NCBI GenBank assembly: GCA_963848965.1
Contig: CAWKFG010000001.1
Location: 256,001-320,000, forward strand
DNA length: 64,000 bases
Direction of reading: 5' to 3'
Source: an uncultured bacterium
GTDB lineage: Bacteria; Babelota; Babeliae; Babelales; Babelaceae
Shown here: one piece after another, positions 36,406 through 47,125 of the stretch
How positions within the stretch are numbered: position 1 is the first letter of the stretch
Layout of the letters: each line of letters starts with the position of its first letter
Notes under the pieces: generated by a model
What the model saw: the letters and a program-made list of their open reading frames with translations, nothing else
Told to the model about the DNA's origin: nothing
The model's database searches: none
Program-made: the position numbers and the translations under genes

Positions 36406-38253
36406 TCACTGAGCTAACTTGTCAAGCTCTTGCACAAGTTTTTCAATACCAAGCTCTTCTATTTCAACACCCCATTTTTTAATAACTTGATTGCTGGTAG
36501 GGTCAACAATAAGGTACGTTGGGAACCCCGCAATAGAGGAGCCATAAAGTTTTTTAACTTCTTCATAATCTGTTGTATGAACATCAGAATCGAGCTTAAG
36601 AGGTATATAACGTTGTAATACTTTCAGTATTCGATCATTATGGAATATAGTTCTGTCTAAAGATTTACAAGCACCACAATAGGTAGCACCTATGTCAATA
36701 AAGAGACGCTTATGTTCTTTTTTGGCTCGTTCTACTACTTGTGTATAATCATTGAGCCAAATAGATGGTTTTTCTTGAGGATAAAAGTGTTCATGCGTTG
36801 CTTTATACCCTTGTGCTGCCATAATGCAGGCAAGTACAATAAAGAGGGTCCCCATAAAACTCTTGTATCGTCGTACCCACTTACTATCATAGGAGGTCAC
36901 ACTCATAAAGTAGTAGATACCAAGCGCTAATAAGCTGGCTACAATAATCCAGACAAGGATATACCATGGGAAATACTTCTCTAAGTGTGACAGATGATAA
37001 AAGCCCATACCCATAAGCATAATACCAAAAATCTTTTTGACTTCAACCATCCACATACCTGCTCGTGGAAGCATGTTCATTGAGCTGGAGAAGGTCCCAA
37101 TAATAAGAAGAGGCAAGCTTGAGCCTATGCCAAAGAAAAAGAGAAGGATAAACCCTTCAATGTATCCTGTAAGGCTTCCTGCCGTGCTTATGCTTGCTAC
37201 ATAGTTAAGAATAAGAGCAAGACCAGGAGATAAGCAGGGTGATGCTATAGTACCACTTATTGCACCAAAGAGGAATGCAGAAAGAAATGATCCTCCTTTA
37301 ACTTGTGTACTTTTCGGTTGTAAAAAGCGAGGAATATACATCTCATAGAATCCAAACATAGAGCCACCAAAATAAAAGAGAATGGCGGCAATGGGTACAA
37401 CTATCCATGGACTTCCTTGCATTTCTCCAAAGACACAACTACCGAGCGCTGCAATAAAGCCAAGCAGGGCAAATGTTAAAGAGATGCCCAGCGTATAAGA
37501 AGATGCTAAAAGAAAGTTACGAAAAGGAGATTTGCTTGTATTTGCTTGTAAAATGCCTACGGTAATAGGAATCATTGGATAAATACATGGTGTTAAACTT
37601 AGTAATATTCCTAAAATAAGAGCTGCAAGTATTCTAATAAAGCGAGAACCAGTAGAGGTAAATAAAGAAGTAAGAGTTTGTTTCCATGTGTTTACAGTGG
37701 TACTTACTGAATTTACGACACGTTGCATAAAATTTCCCCACAGTGACGGTTGTGGTACTTCACATGAGACATCATTACGCGGCGTATACGACTGAGCTGT
37801 GGAGTTTGTAGCAGATGTTGTAGTCTCTTTTCCTGCTTGTTCTAATGTGGGCTCTGAAAATTTTAGAGCGATAGTTTTTTCCTGCGGTTGTTGGGTGCTA
37901 CTTACATTAAAATGCGTGTGAATAAGAGCATCATTTACTTCTTGTTTTGGATCTTTTTGTGCTTCAAATGTAAAAGAGACTTTATCTTTGTAGCCTTCTT
38001 TTTGTGCTTTAAATGCTTTGTCAAAAAAGGAGCTTGTTTGTCCATCGACAGTTATTCCAGAAAGCTTTATATGAGGTGTATTAACAGAAGGGAGAAAGCT
38101 ATCTTTATAAAGATACTCATGTGGCTCAAGATTTACTGTAACAGCTATTCGTTGGTTGTTTTCGTTTATTTTCTCTGTTTTGTAGGTATATTCATAGCTA
38201 AAGAGAGGTACAAAGTTGAGAATGGCGAGCACATGAAAGATCCGTAATTTCAT
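36406..38253 (-). CDS. dsbD: Thiol:disulfide interchange protein DsbD-like
   Basis: LTPCIYPMIPI, ASPCLSP, LPRAGMWM, C-terminal thioredoxin YCGAC. Confidence 0.9.
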   Translation of the reverse strand: MKLRIFHVLAILNFVPLFSYEYTYKTEKINENNQRIAVTVNLEPHEYLYKDSFLPSVNTPHIKLSGITVDGQTSSFFDKAFKAQKEGYKDKVSFTFEAQKDPKQEVNDALIHTHFNVSSTQQPQEKTIALKFSEPTLEQAGKETTTSATNSTAQSYTPRNDVSCEVPQPSLWGNFMQRVVNSVSTTVNTWKQTLTSLFTSTGSRFIRILAALILGILLSLTPCIYPMIPITVGILQANTSKSPFRNFLLASSYTLGISLTFALLGFIAALGSCVFGEMQGSPWIVVPIAAILFYFGGSMFGFYEMYIPRFLQPKSTQVKGGSFLSAFLFGAISGTIASPCLSPGLALILNYVASISTAGSLTGYIEGFILLFFFGIGSSLPLLIIGTFSSSMNMLPRAGMWMVEVKKIFGIMLMGMGFYHLSHLEKYFPWYILVWIIVASLLALGIYYFMSVTSYDSKWVRRYKSFMGTLFIVLACIMAAQGYKATHEHFYPQEKPSIWLNDYTQVVERAKKEHKRLFIDIGATYCGACKSLDRTIFHNDRILKVLQRYIPLKLDSDVHTTDYEEVKKLYGSSIAGFPTYLIVDPTSNQVIKKWGVEIEELGIEKLVQELDKLAQ

Positions 38254-38300
38254 AGAAGTTCCTTTTTTCTTAAAAATATGCTACTATACTACTATATTAT

Positions 38301-38376
38301 GGGGTTGTAGCTCAGTTGGTAGAGCGCATGGATGGCATTCATGAGGTCACCGGTTCGAATCCGGTCAGCTCCACCA
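38301..38376 (+). tRNA. tRNA-Ala(GGC), encoded CCA
   Basis: G3:U70 in GGGGTTG/CAGCTCC stem, loop ATGGCAT (A32-U38), GGTTCGAATCC. Confidence 0.97.
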
Positions 38377-38471
38377 GCCTACGCTCTTTGAGCTACGGAC
38401 GGGCACAGCGGCTGGCAAGCCAATCTTTTGCTTCACTCTTTAAACTATCAGTCTTCGCCAAGAGCTATGAC
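38377..38471. repeat. REP-like palindromic repeat copies fused to the tRNA-Ala 3' end
   Basis: GCCTACGCTCTTTGAGCTACGGACGGGC and degenerate GTCTTCGCCAAGAGCTATGAC. Confidence 0.6.
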
Positions 38472-38542
38472 TTGTAGCGTAAGTAGACTGACATAGTGGG
38501 CGTAACCAGCCTTGTGCGCTTGTCTGTATTTTAACCCATTTT

Positions 38543-38965
38543 TTAGAGTGTACACTTTTTATGTATCTCTGTCTTCAATTCGTTAAGTTCTTTTTTGAGT
38601 TGTGTTTTCTCCAGTCTTTTATAGAAGACATGGCAAGCAAGATGATTAATAAAGTCATTTCCTGCTACTATTGCGCCATCTCTTACAATACAAGTTTGTT
38701 GTCCTGCTTCTGATTCTGCTAAGATCTCTTCAAACTCTTTTATTTCACTTTTTATTTCGTTGAGCTTAGTGAATATAACAATATAGCGGTTATCAGGTAG
38801 AGAGCTTTTTGTAGTAAGAAGCATCTCTTTTTTTGTTCTCATCATCAACTTAAAGAGAGGTTCTTCATATTTTTTTACAATTTTAACTTCATTGTGCTTC
38901 ATTCCATATATATTATATGAAAGGGTAAAAAGAAGTGAGATACCTAAAAGTTTTGTTAGTTTCAT
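38543..38965 (-). CDS. Small secreted hypothetical protein, coiled-coil
   Basis: 140 aa, signal-like N-terminus ending IYG-M; AAGGA RBS. Confidence 0.7.
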   Translation of the reverse strand: MKLTKLLGISLLFTLSYNIYGMKHNEVKIVKKYEEPLFKLMMRTKKEMLLTTKSSLPDNRYIVIFTKLNEIKSEIKEFEEILAESEAGQQTCIVRDGAIVAGNDFINHLACHVFYKRLEKTQLKKELNELKTEIHKKCTL

Positions 38966-38988
38966 GAAATAATCCTTAGTAACAATTG

Positions 38989-39867
38989 TTAGTATTCTTC
39001 AATACTAATGTTCCCTTTTGTTGCTTCAAGCGTAACAGGAGCACCTTCTGCTCCTATAGTGCCATCTACTTCTCTTTTGTCTTTTTCCCAGGTAGCTTCA
39101 TTTAATGGTACTGGTTGAGTCTCTCGTTTAATGGGATGTTTTGAGGTAACTACGCCAGCAGACGTGCGAGCATGTACTGTTGCATGTATTCCACGCGGAA
39201 GATAAAGTTGTATATTTCCTCTGTCATTATGTAAGAATATACTGGAAGGGTCACTAAACTTTTTTTGTTTAAGTTTGATAGTCCCTTTTCCTGTTTTTGC
39301 GGTAACTGCTTTTGTGCTATCAGCAACCTCTATATCACCTTCGGCAAGTGAGATATCGAGTGCTCCTTGTAAATGTTTAATTTTTACAGATCCTTTTTGT
39401 TTGTTATCTATAGTAAGTGCACAATGCTCTGGAATCATAAGATTATAATTAACAGTTGCTGGATTCTGGTCAGGGATTACTCGTGTAGTTATAGTTACAT
39501 GAGCTGTTTTTGATTCAGGCTTACTATTACTACTTGGTTTCTCTTGGTCTTTGTCAGCAACTATCTTTGGTAGAATATTTGTTTTTATACCAATGGTAGT
39601 GTTTTTAAGCTCTTCTTGAGTTCCTTCTTTTTCAGCCTCAATAATGATCTTTTTTTGATTCCACGCTTTAACCGTTATTTTACCTCCAAGTGTATAAAGC
39701 TCAACAGTTGATTTATCTTCTAATGGAAGATCTTTATGTACGTATTCTTGTTCTTTCTTTTGCCAAAGATTGTTCATAAACTTTTTAGGACTAAAGCTAT
39801 AGAGAGAAAAATGGTGTACACTTATAAAAACAAATAAGGTACGTATAGTTTTTGTTATAGTTACCAT
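38989..39867 (-). CDS. DUF4097-like beta-strand repeat (adhesin-like) protein
   Basis: Repeated T..G.I.(V/L) motifs (TGKGTIKL, NDRGNIQL, TSAGVV, ATKGNISI); signal peptide. Confidence 0.7.
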   Translation of the reverse strand: MVTITKTIRTLFVFISVHHFSLYSFSPKKFMNNLWQKKEQEYVHKDLPLEDKSTVELYTLGGKITVKAWNQKKIIIEAEKEGTQEELKNTTIGIKTNILPKIVADKDQEKPSSNSKPESKTAHVTITTRVIPDQNPATVNYNLMIPEHCALTIDNKQKGSVKIKHLQGALDISLAEGDIEVADSTKAVTAKTGKGTIKLKQKKFSDPSSIFLHNDRGNIQLYLPRGIHATVHARTSAGVVTSKHPIKRETQPVPLNEATWEKDKREVDGTIGAEGAPVTLEATKGNISIEEY

Positions 39868-39908
39868 TAGAAATCCTCCACAGTATAGTAAAAGTTAGTG
39901 AGAGCATA

Positions 39909-41327
39909 ATGTATTCTACTAAAATTTTGCCAAATATTCAAAAGAAGGTCGCCAATCTCCTTGAACAATATCCGCTTATTTCTCCTATTGTGCATAGTAT
40001 TAATAAGCATAAAGGTCAAGCTTTTTTAGTAGGCGGTGCAGTACGAGATTTAATTTTAGGCTGTATTGCTCATGACTTGGATATTGAAGTACATGGTATA
40101 CCGCTTGAAGAGCTTGGACGTATTTTAAGTGAGTTTGGGCCAGTAAGCTATGTGGGTAAATCATTTGGTGTCTTAAAAATTCATGGTATGTCTATAGATT
40201 GGTCATTACCACGTACAGACAGTTCAGGAAGGAAACCTGAAGTTAGTATTGATCCGCATATGAATATTGTTGAAGCGTTACGCAGGCGCGATTTGACCAT
40301 GAATGCTATGGCAATTAACCTTTCTAACTATGAATTTATTGATCCCTTTAATGGCTATGAAGATTTACAAGTATGCGTCTTGCGCTCTCCAGATATACAC
40401 TTTTTTACAGAAGACCCTTTGCGCTTTTATCGTGTTATGCAGTTTATGGCCCGTTTTGAAATGTGGCCTGATGAAGCACTAGATAGCGTTTGCAAAACAA
40501 TGGATATTTCTCATGTTTCTACTGAGCGTATAGAGGCTGAATTTGAAAAAATGTTACTTAAAAGTGCAAAGCCATCATTAGGCATTCGGTGGCTTGACAA
40601 ACTAGGCAGACTCAAGGAGATAGTGCCTGAAATATATGCGACAAAAGAGGTGCCTCAAAATCCCGAATGGCATCCAGAAGGTGATGTGTTTGAACATCTT
40701 ATGCAAACACTCGATGCAGCAGCTGTATTATGTTATGATAACCCAGAAGAAAAGCTTATCCTTCTGTATGCAGCACTGTGCCATGATGTAGGCAAAGCAG
40801 TAACTACTGTGCTCAAAGATGGCAAATGGCGTAGTCCAGGACATGCAGAGGAGGGTGTTCCTTTAGCTAAGAAGTTACTCAAGCGTATTACCCGTAAAGT
40901 AAAACTTATTGAATCTGTAACTCGCCTTGTAAAATACCATATGCATCCTTTTCAATTTTTACAAAATGATGCATCATTAGCTGCCTATAAGCGTCTTGCA
41001 TTAAAGCTTGATGGTTATGCTTCACTCTGTATGCTTGCAAAACTAGTGCTTGCAGATAGACAAGGGCGTAATATACAAAGAGAGGTGCCTCTTACAGGCC
41101 CTGTTGAATTGGTAGATCAATTTATAGAGAAAGCTCAAAAAGCAGGGGTATTTACTCAAGTAGAAGAGCCACTTTTGCACGGTAGAGATATTAAAGATCT
41201 TGTGGAACCGGGCCCTTCTATGGGAAAAGCATTAAAATATGCCTATGAGTTACAATTGAAACGTAACATTAAAGATAAGGAAACTTTAAAGAGCTCTGTT
41301 AAAAAGTGGCTGCATTCTCAAAGATGA
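39909..41327 (+). CDS. cca: CCA tRNA nucleotidyltransferase with HD domain
   Basis: VGGAVRD, DLDIE, RRDLTMNA, EDPLR, HPEGDV..H, HDVGK. Confidence 0.92.
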   Translation: MYSTKILPNIQKKVANLLEQYPLISPIVHSINKHKGQAFLVGGAVRDLILGCIAHDLDIEVHGIPLEELGRILSEFGPVSYVGKSFGVLKIHGMSIDWSLPRTDSSGRKPEVSIDPHMNIVEALRRRDLTMNAMAINLSNYEFIDPFNGYEDLQVCVLRSPDIHFFTEDPLRFYRVMQFMARFEMWPDEALDSVCKTMDISHVSTERIEAEFEKMLLKSAKPSLGIRWLDKLGRLKEIVPEIYATKEVPQNPEWHPEGDVFEHLMQTLDAAAVLCYDNPEEKLILLYAALCHDVGKAVTTVLKDGKWRSPGHAEEGVPLAKKLLKRITRKVKLIESVTRLVKYHMHPFQFLQNDASLAAYKRLALKLDGYASLCMLAKLVLADRQGRNIQREVPLTGPVELVDQFIEKAQKAGVFTQVEEPLLHGRDIKDLVEPGPSMGKALKYAYELQLKRNIKDKETLKSSVKKWLHSQR

Positions 41328-41528
41328 AGGTATCTCAGCCCTAAGAAAAATTTCTATAAAGATAATTTGATTTATAAAAGTTACTATAAATATTGTTTCA
41401 AACTTTGGATTGCCTATGTTTACAAGGAGTTTCTTCTATTTATGTCTTAGCTACAGTCTATGATGCTTGACAAATTATATGATTTAAGAAAAGCTTGAAA
41501 AAACTGACTAATCTGATGTTAAAGAGGT

Positions 41529-44500
41529 TTGAAAATGCTAGCAAAAATGGTATTCATTGGTTATTGTGTAAGCACCTCACTAATACTACAGGCAATGCAA
41601 GAGGATAGAGGACAGAGAAGTCCACATTCTTTAAATACCGAAATGGATTATGCACTTTTGGAATTAGCCGGAGAGGGACAAGTTATTAGACTAAACAGAT
41701 TTCTTCTTGAGGAACATCTTGATAACATTAATGTTAGCGATAGTCATGGTATTACACCTTTAATGATGGCTGCTAAATATGGGCGTGTGAACGTGATAGA
41801 GCTACTTTTAAGCAAAGGTGTTAGCGTCAATGCTAGAGATAACGATGGAGTAACTGCTTTAATGTTAGCTGCAGAAAGTGGTTATAAAGAGGTAGTAAAA
41901 TTACTCTTGGATACAGGAGCCGACGTTCTTACTAGCTCAAGCATTGGTAGGACTCCTTTCGACTTTGCTTTGTATAATGGTCATCAGGCAGTAGCGCAAT
42001 TAATTGCCGAATATATGTTTGGTATTCATTCTAAAGAGAATGGTATAACTCCCTTGATGGTAGCTGCAGAGCAAGGCAACGAAGATGCTGTAAGACACTT
42101 TATAGCACTAGGCGTTTTTAGCATTAATGCTCAAGATAAAGATGGGTGGACTGCTTTGATGTACGCTGCTTTTAACAAGCACAGTCAAGTCGCTTACATG
42201 CTTTTAGATGAACACGCTGATAGTAATATTCAAGATAGTAAGGGTATGAATGCTCTAATGCTTGCTGCTTGTAATGGCCATAAAGATATGGTTCAATTAC
42301 TCTTAGATAGAGGTAGTAATATTAATGCTCAAGATTGTGCTGGTACTACTGCTCTAATGGTTGCTTGTGCAAATGGCCATAAAGAGGTAGTCCAGTTGCT
42401 CTTAGAAAAGGGTGCAGACTACGATGCTCACGATAGCACATGTACTACTGCCTTGATGGTTGCTGCTCAAAAGGGACATCAAGAAATTGTTCAACTACTT
42501 TTAGCAAAAGATGCTCAAGTTAATGCTCAAAATCATATGATGATGACAGCCTTAATGTTTGCATTAGACTATCAACATGAAAAAATTGCTTTATCACTTA
42601 TAAACGCAGGTGCTGACGTTAAACTTCAAGATAAATCTGGATGGACTGCTTTAATGTTTGCAACGAAAAATAACTTTGCATACCTAGTAAGGCTTCTTTT
42701 GGAGAAAGGCGCTCACTATAACATTCAAAATAAAAATGGTCATACAGCATTAATGATCGCTATTAAAGCAGGGCATGGCGAAATAGTAAACTTATTGAAG
42801 GCTCATAGAGCTAATGATTCTAAGGCATTAGCTTTTGTTCCTGAAGCTTCTGAACAAAATTTGCTTCATATGCAACTTTTATTAGCTGCACATAAAGGAA
42901 AAACTGAAGATCTTGCTTCTCTTCTAGAAAAAGGGGCTAATGTTAATGAGCAGTTACCATCTTGCCAATCTGCTTTAACATTTGCAGCAGCAAATGGGCA
43001 CAAAGAAGCAGTAGAATTGCTCTTAAAAAATGGAGCAGATGTTAATGCTCAAGATAGTGATGGCAATGCTGCTTTAATGTTGGCTGCACAATGGGGACAT
43101 AGGGACATAATAGAACTACTTTTGGCCTATGGTGTTAATGTTAATGCTCAAAATAAAGAAGGTGATACTGCTTTAGTATATGCAGTAAAAAGGGGTGATA
43201 AGGAAATAATCAAAATGCTCTTAGAAAATGGGGCTGATATTGATGTAAGAAATCATTGTGACACAACTGCCTTAATGGAAGCATCAAGTGAAGGAAATAT
43301 CGACATAGTAGAGATTTTACTAGGACATAATGCTAATATTAATGCTCCAGGCTTTCTTGGAGCAACAGCCCTAAACGGAGCATTATATTACGGGCATAAG
43401 GAAGTGATTAAGCTACTTCTAGCTAATGGTATTCAGCTTGCCGAAAGAGATTTATCATATGCAGTTTCTAACGATAAGGAAATAGTAGAGTTAATTTTAG
43501 ACAAAGGGGCTCATATTTATGCTCAAGCTGATAAACCTTATAAGGAGCTCTTACATAGAGCTCGAGACCTTGAAGTGATACGACTACTTTTAGATAAAGG
43601 AACTGACGTTAATACTCCCAATAATAGGGGTGAGACTCCCTTAATGGTCTATGTCGGTGTAGATTCTCGCCCTAAGGAAGTAGTAAAGTTACTCTTAGAT
43701 AGAGGTGCTAATGTTAATGCTCAGGCCATAAATGGTTGGACTGCTTTAATAGAGGCTGTATATCATTATCATATTTATCAGACTGAGCATAAAGATGAGC
43801 CCCTTTGCCTAACAAATGAAATAGTAATGTTACTCTTAGAGAAAGGAGCCAACGTTAGTATACAAGATAAGATGGGCAGAACAGCTTTAAGTCATGCAGT
43901 AGAAAAGGAATGGAATAATGATCCATTGCAGCATGATCAAGTTATAGCGACTGTAAAAACATTACTTTCTCAAGGAGCAGATCCTAACATATCTTATGGA
44001 ACTTGTGATGGTAAAAAAACGACTAGCTTAATTTATGCTGCAGCTCATGGAGAAAGAGAATTGGTGAAATTACTTCTAGATACCCGCGCAGACGTTAATG
44101 CTCAAGATAGTCAAGGTCTAACAGCTTTAATACACGCAGCCCAAGAAGGACATCAAGATATAGTACAGTTACTTTTAGATGCTGGTGCTAAAGGTTGGAC
44201 AGAGCTAATGATTGCAGCCCGACAAGGTGATAAACAAAGAGTAAATGAACTTCTTAATGCTGGTGCTGACGTTAATGTTCAAGATAAGCTTGGTAAAACA
44301 GCTTTAACTCTTGCTGTTGAATGTGACCAAAAAGAGATAGTGAACCTATTGTTAGAAAAAGGAGCTTACATTAATGCTCGGGATAGTAATGGTTGGACTC
44401 CCTTAATGTTTGCTGCTAAAAATGGACATAGTAAAATGGTAAAATTACTGTTAGAAGCAGGTTCTCAAATTAATGTTCAAAATAGCACAGGACATAGTGC

Positions 44501-45689
44501 TTTAATCATTGCTATCAAGCATGGGCATAGAGAAATAATTGAAATATTGTTGAATTGCAAAGCAGATCCTAACACTATTTATAAGGATAAGTATAATAAA
44601 TATAGAACTCCTTTAATGGCTGTTGCTGAAACTGGTGATCAAGAAGTAGTAAAATTACTCTTAACGGCAGGAGCTATCGTTAATGCTAAAGATAATAATG
44701 GTTGTACTGCCTTATGGTATGCCGTGGAAAAAGATCATAAGGAAGTAGTAAAAATATTATTAGAGCAAGGAGCTGATGTTAATGCCCTCAATCAATGGGG
44801 ACGGTCTGCCTTAATGCTAGCTACTGAGTATGGGCATTTGGAAATGGTACGGTTACTGCTAGATAAAGGAGCTTTTGTTAATGCACAATCTAATACTGGA
44901 GACACAAGTTTAATGACTGCTGTAGGCGAAGACCATTTGTTGATTAAGAAAACTACTCCTCAAATAAGAAAAGCAATTGTAAAATTACTTTTAGATAAGG
45001 GAGCAGATAGTAGGGCAAAGGATCAAAACGGTAGAACAGCATTATGGATGGCAATTGAAAATAAGCATAAAGGACTCATTACAATGCTCCTAAAAAATCA
45101 AGCCAAAGCTCAAGATAGCTTTCTTCCAATACATGTTGAAGCATTACCAATATTTAGAGCTCAGGATTTGACAGAAAATTTAATGATTGCTGCTCGTCAA
45201 GGAGATCAGCAAAAAATAGATGACCTTCTCAAAGCTGGAGCTGATGTTAATGCACAAGATAATCTTGGTAATACTGCATTAATTCTTGCTGTTCAATCTA
45301 ATAATAAAGAAGTAATACAACTACTTTTAGAGAATAATGCTAAGGTAGATGCTCAAACTGCTAATGGCCAAACGGCTTTAATAATTGCAGCATGGCTTGG
45401 GCTTAAAGAGGTGGTAGAAATGTTATTAGCTAAAGGCCCTAATCTTGAACTTACGTGTGTTGAAGAAGAAGTTGGGGGTTTTACTGCCTTAATGGCTGCT
45501 GCTGAGCATGGCCATAAGAAAATAGTAGAATTACTTGTAAATGCTGGTGCTAACGTTAACGCTCGTCAAAAGGATGGGTCCTGCGTTTTAAGCAAAGCAG
45601 CGAAAAGCGGAGATGGAGAGATAGTTACCTTACTTTTTAATAAAGGTGCAAATACTATTACTCAGGTTTATATGGCTTCTAAACAATAA
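41529..45689 (+). CDS. Very large ankyrin-repeat protein with signal peptide (start may be ATG 41535)
   Basis: Ankyrin repeats over nearly the whole 1386 aa. Confidence 0.93.
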   Translation: MKMLAKMVFIGYCVSTSLILQAMQEDRGQRSPHSLNTEMDYALLELAGEGQVIRLNRFLLEEHLDNINVSDSHGITPLMMAAKYGRVNVIELLLSKGVSVNARDNDGVTALMLAAESGYKEVVKLLLDTGADVLTSSSIGRTPFDFALYNGHQAVAQLIAEYMFGIHSKENGITPLMVAAEQGNEDAVRHFIALGVFSINAQDKDGWTALMYAAFNKHSQVAYMLLDEHADSNIQDSKGMNALMLAACNGHKDMVQLLLDRGSNINAQDCAGTTALMVACANGHKEVVQLLLEKGADYDAHDSTCTTALMVAAQKGHQEIVQLLLAKDAQVNAQNHMMMTALMFALDYQHEKIALSLINAGADVKLQDKSGWTALMFATKNNFAYLVRLLLEKGAHYNIQNKNGHTALMIAIKAGHGEIVNLLKAHRANDSKALAFVPEASEQNLLHMQLLLAAHKGKTEDLASLLEKGANVNEQLPSCQSALTFAAANGHKEAVELLLKNGADVNAQDSDGNAALMLAAQWGHRDIIELLLAYGVNVNAQNKEGDTALVYAVKRGDKEIIKMLLENGADIDVRNHCDTTALMEASSEGNIDIVEILLGHNANINAPGFLGATALNGALYYGHKEVIKLLLANGIQLAERDLSYAVSNDKEIVELILDKGAHIYAQADKPYKELLHRARDLEVIRLLLDKGTDVNTPNNRGETPLMVYVGVDSRPKEVVKLLLDRGANVNAQAINGWTALIEAVYHYHIYQTEHKDEPLCLTNEIVMLLLEKGANVSIQDKMGRTALSHAVEKEWNNDPLQHDQVIATVKTLLSQGADPNISYGTCDGKKTTSLIYAAAHGERELVKLLLDTRADVNAQDSQGLTALIHAAQEGHQDIVQLLLDAGAKGWTELMIAARQGDKQRVNELLNAGADVNVQDKLGKTALTLAVECDQKEIVNLLLEKGAYINARDSNGWTPLMFAAKNGHSKMVKLLLEAGSQINVQNSTGHSALIIAIKHGHREIIEILLNCKADPNTIYKDKYNKYRTPLMAVAETGDQEVVKLLLTAGAIVNAKDNNGCTALWYAVEKDHKEVVKILLEQGADVNALNQWGRSALMLATEYGHLEMVRLLLDKGAFVNAQSNTGDTSLMTAVGEDHLLIKKTTPQIRKAIVKLLLDKGADSRAKDQNGRTALWMAIENKHKGLITMLLKNQAKAQDSFLPIHVEALPIFRAQDLTENLMIAARQGDQQKIDDLLKAGADVNAQDNLGNTALILAVQSNNKEVIQLLLENNAKVDAQTANGQTALIIAAWLGLKEVVEMLLAKGPNLELTCVEEEVGGFTALMAAAEHGHKKIVELLVNAGANVNARQKDGSCVLSKAAKSGDGEIVTLLFNKGANTITQVYMASKQ

Positions 45690-45959
45690 ATGTAGAGCTA
45701 GTTAAGTTTCCTGTGCCTTTAAGACGTGTTTCACACCTTGCTCACATTCTAGGTATTGGCATTAATCGTATGGCACATATCGCAGATGCTTTAACAGAGC
45801 CAGAAATTTTGCGTCTTGAAGCCTTAGATAAAGATTTTATAAAGCAGTTGTTAGCTTTTGGGTGTATCACTTGCATATTCTTATGCTATCATATATCCTT
45901 TTGGGTAAAATAGGGGCACCCTCTTTAGCAAGAGAGTTTATTCACTAAAAGGAGAAAAG

Positions 45960-46694
45960 ATGGCACTCGGACTTTGGCATATTATAAGTACTACTGATTT
46001 TATCACAAAATGTGTTTTAGTTTTTCTTTTAGGCATGTCGATCATTTGTTGGGCCCTTACTATTTATAAATACCTACTTTTTAAACTCAAAATGGCACAA
46101 CTTCGACAAGCTCATACGTTACTTACCAATGTAAAGAATCTTGAAGATTTTTTAGCACGTGCAGCATCAATTCAATCTACTTTTGCAGGTGAAGTTATTT
46201 CTTATTTTCTTGCTGATTTTAAGACGCTCCTTAAAATGTATGAAACAAACCATACTCCTTTACAAGATAAAGACTGGTATCTTTTACAATCTAATATTAA
46301 TCAGCGGCTTGATGATGCACTGCAGCAAGAAGAAGCATTACTTCCTTTTCTTTCAACAAGTGCTCAAGTAGCTCCCCTCATCGGTCTCTTTGGTACCGTG
46401 TGGGGCCTTATTCATGCATTTATGGGTATTGCTCAACAGAAAAGTGCTGATATTGCAGCAGTAGCTCCTGGTATTGCAGAAGCTTTAATTACAACACTCG
46501 GTGGTCTTGTTGTGGCTATTCCTGCTCTTATCATGTTTCACTATTTACAAGGCAGAATGCGTGTTATTGAACATATGCTTGCTTCGTTGGCAGACAAATG
46601 CCTCTGGATTATGCGATCAGTAACAACACAACATGAAAGCAGTTATGTAGCTCCTCATTTTGTTTCTAAGCCGGCACAGAAGGAGAATGCATGA
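45960..46694 (+). CDS. tolQ: TolQ/ExbB/MotA proton channel
   Basis: APLIGLFGTVWGLI, VAPGIAEALITT..GL.VAIPA. Confidence 0.9.
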   Translation: MALGLWHIISTTDFITKCVLVFLLGMSIICWALTIYKYLLFKLKMAQLRQAHTLLTNVKNLEDFLARAASIQSTFAGEVISYFLADFKTLLKMYETNHTPLQDKDWYLLQSNINQRLDDALQQEEALLPFLSTSAQVAPLIGLFGTVWGLIHAFMGIAQQKSADIAAVAPGIAEALITTLGGLVVAIPALIMFHYLQGRMRVIEHMLASLADKCLWIMRSVTTQHESSYVAPHFVSKPAQKENA

Positions 46695-47125
46695 TTAGGG
46701 CATCAAGACGCAGGAAATCTGCTCATCAAACACCAGAAATATCACTTACTCCTTTAATTGATACAGCACTCGTACTTCTTGTAATCTTTATGATTGCTAC
46801 TCCTATGATGCAAAACTCTCTTAAAGTGAATCTTCCTAAAGGGTACATGAAAGAAGATCAACAAGAAACAGCACAAGAAAATCTTGTTGTTGCTATTAAT
46901 CAAGATTTAAAAGCAGATGAGCATATTATTGCTCTCAATGGTAAAAAAGTCTCTTTTGCAGAACTTGTTCCTGCAATAGAGCAAAAAATAGGGACTAAAA
47001 AAGACCAGAAAATTTATATTGAATGTGACGAAAAAGTACGTTATGGCTTCTTATTTGAAGTAGCAGACAAGATAAAATATCTGGCAGGGGTGGAACATGT
47101 TATTTTATCTGCACAGAAGGCCTAG
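46691..47125 (+). CDS. tolR: TolR/ExbD
   Basis: EISLTPLIDTALVLLVIFMIATPM. Confidence 0.9.
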   Translation: MIRASRRRKSAHQTPEISLTPLIDTALVLLVIFMIATPMMQNSLKVNLPKGYMKEDQQETAQENLVVAINQDLKADEHIIALNGKKVSFAELVPAIEQKIGTKKDQKIYIECDEKVRYGFLFEVADKIKYLAGVEHVILSAQKA

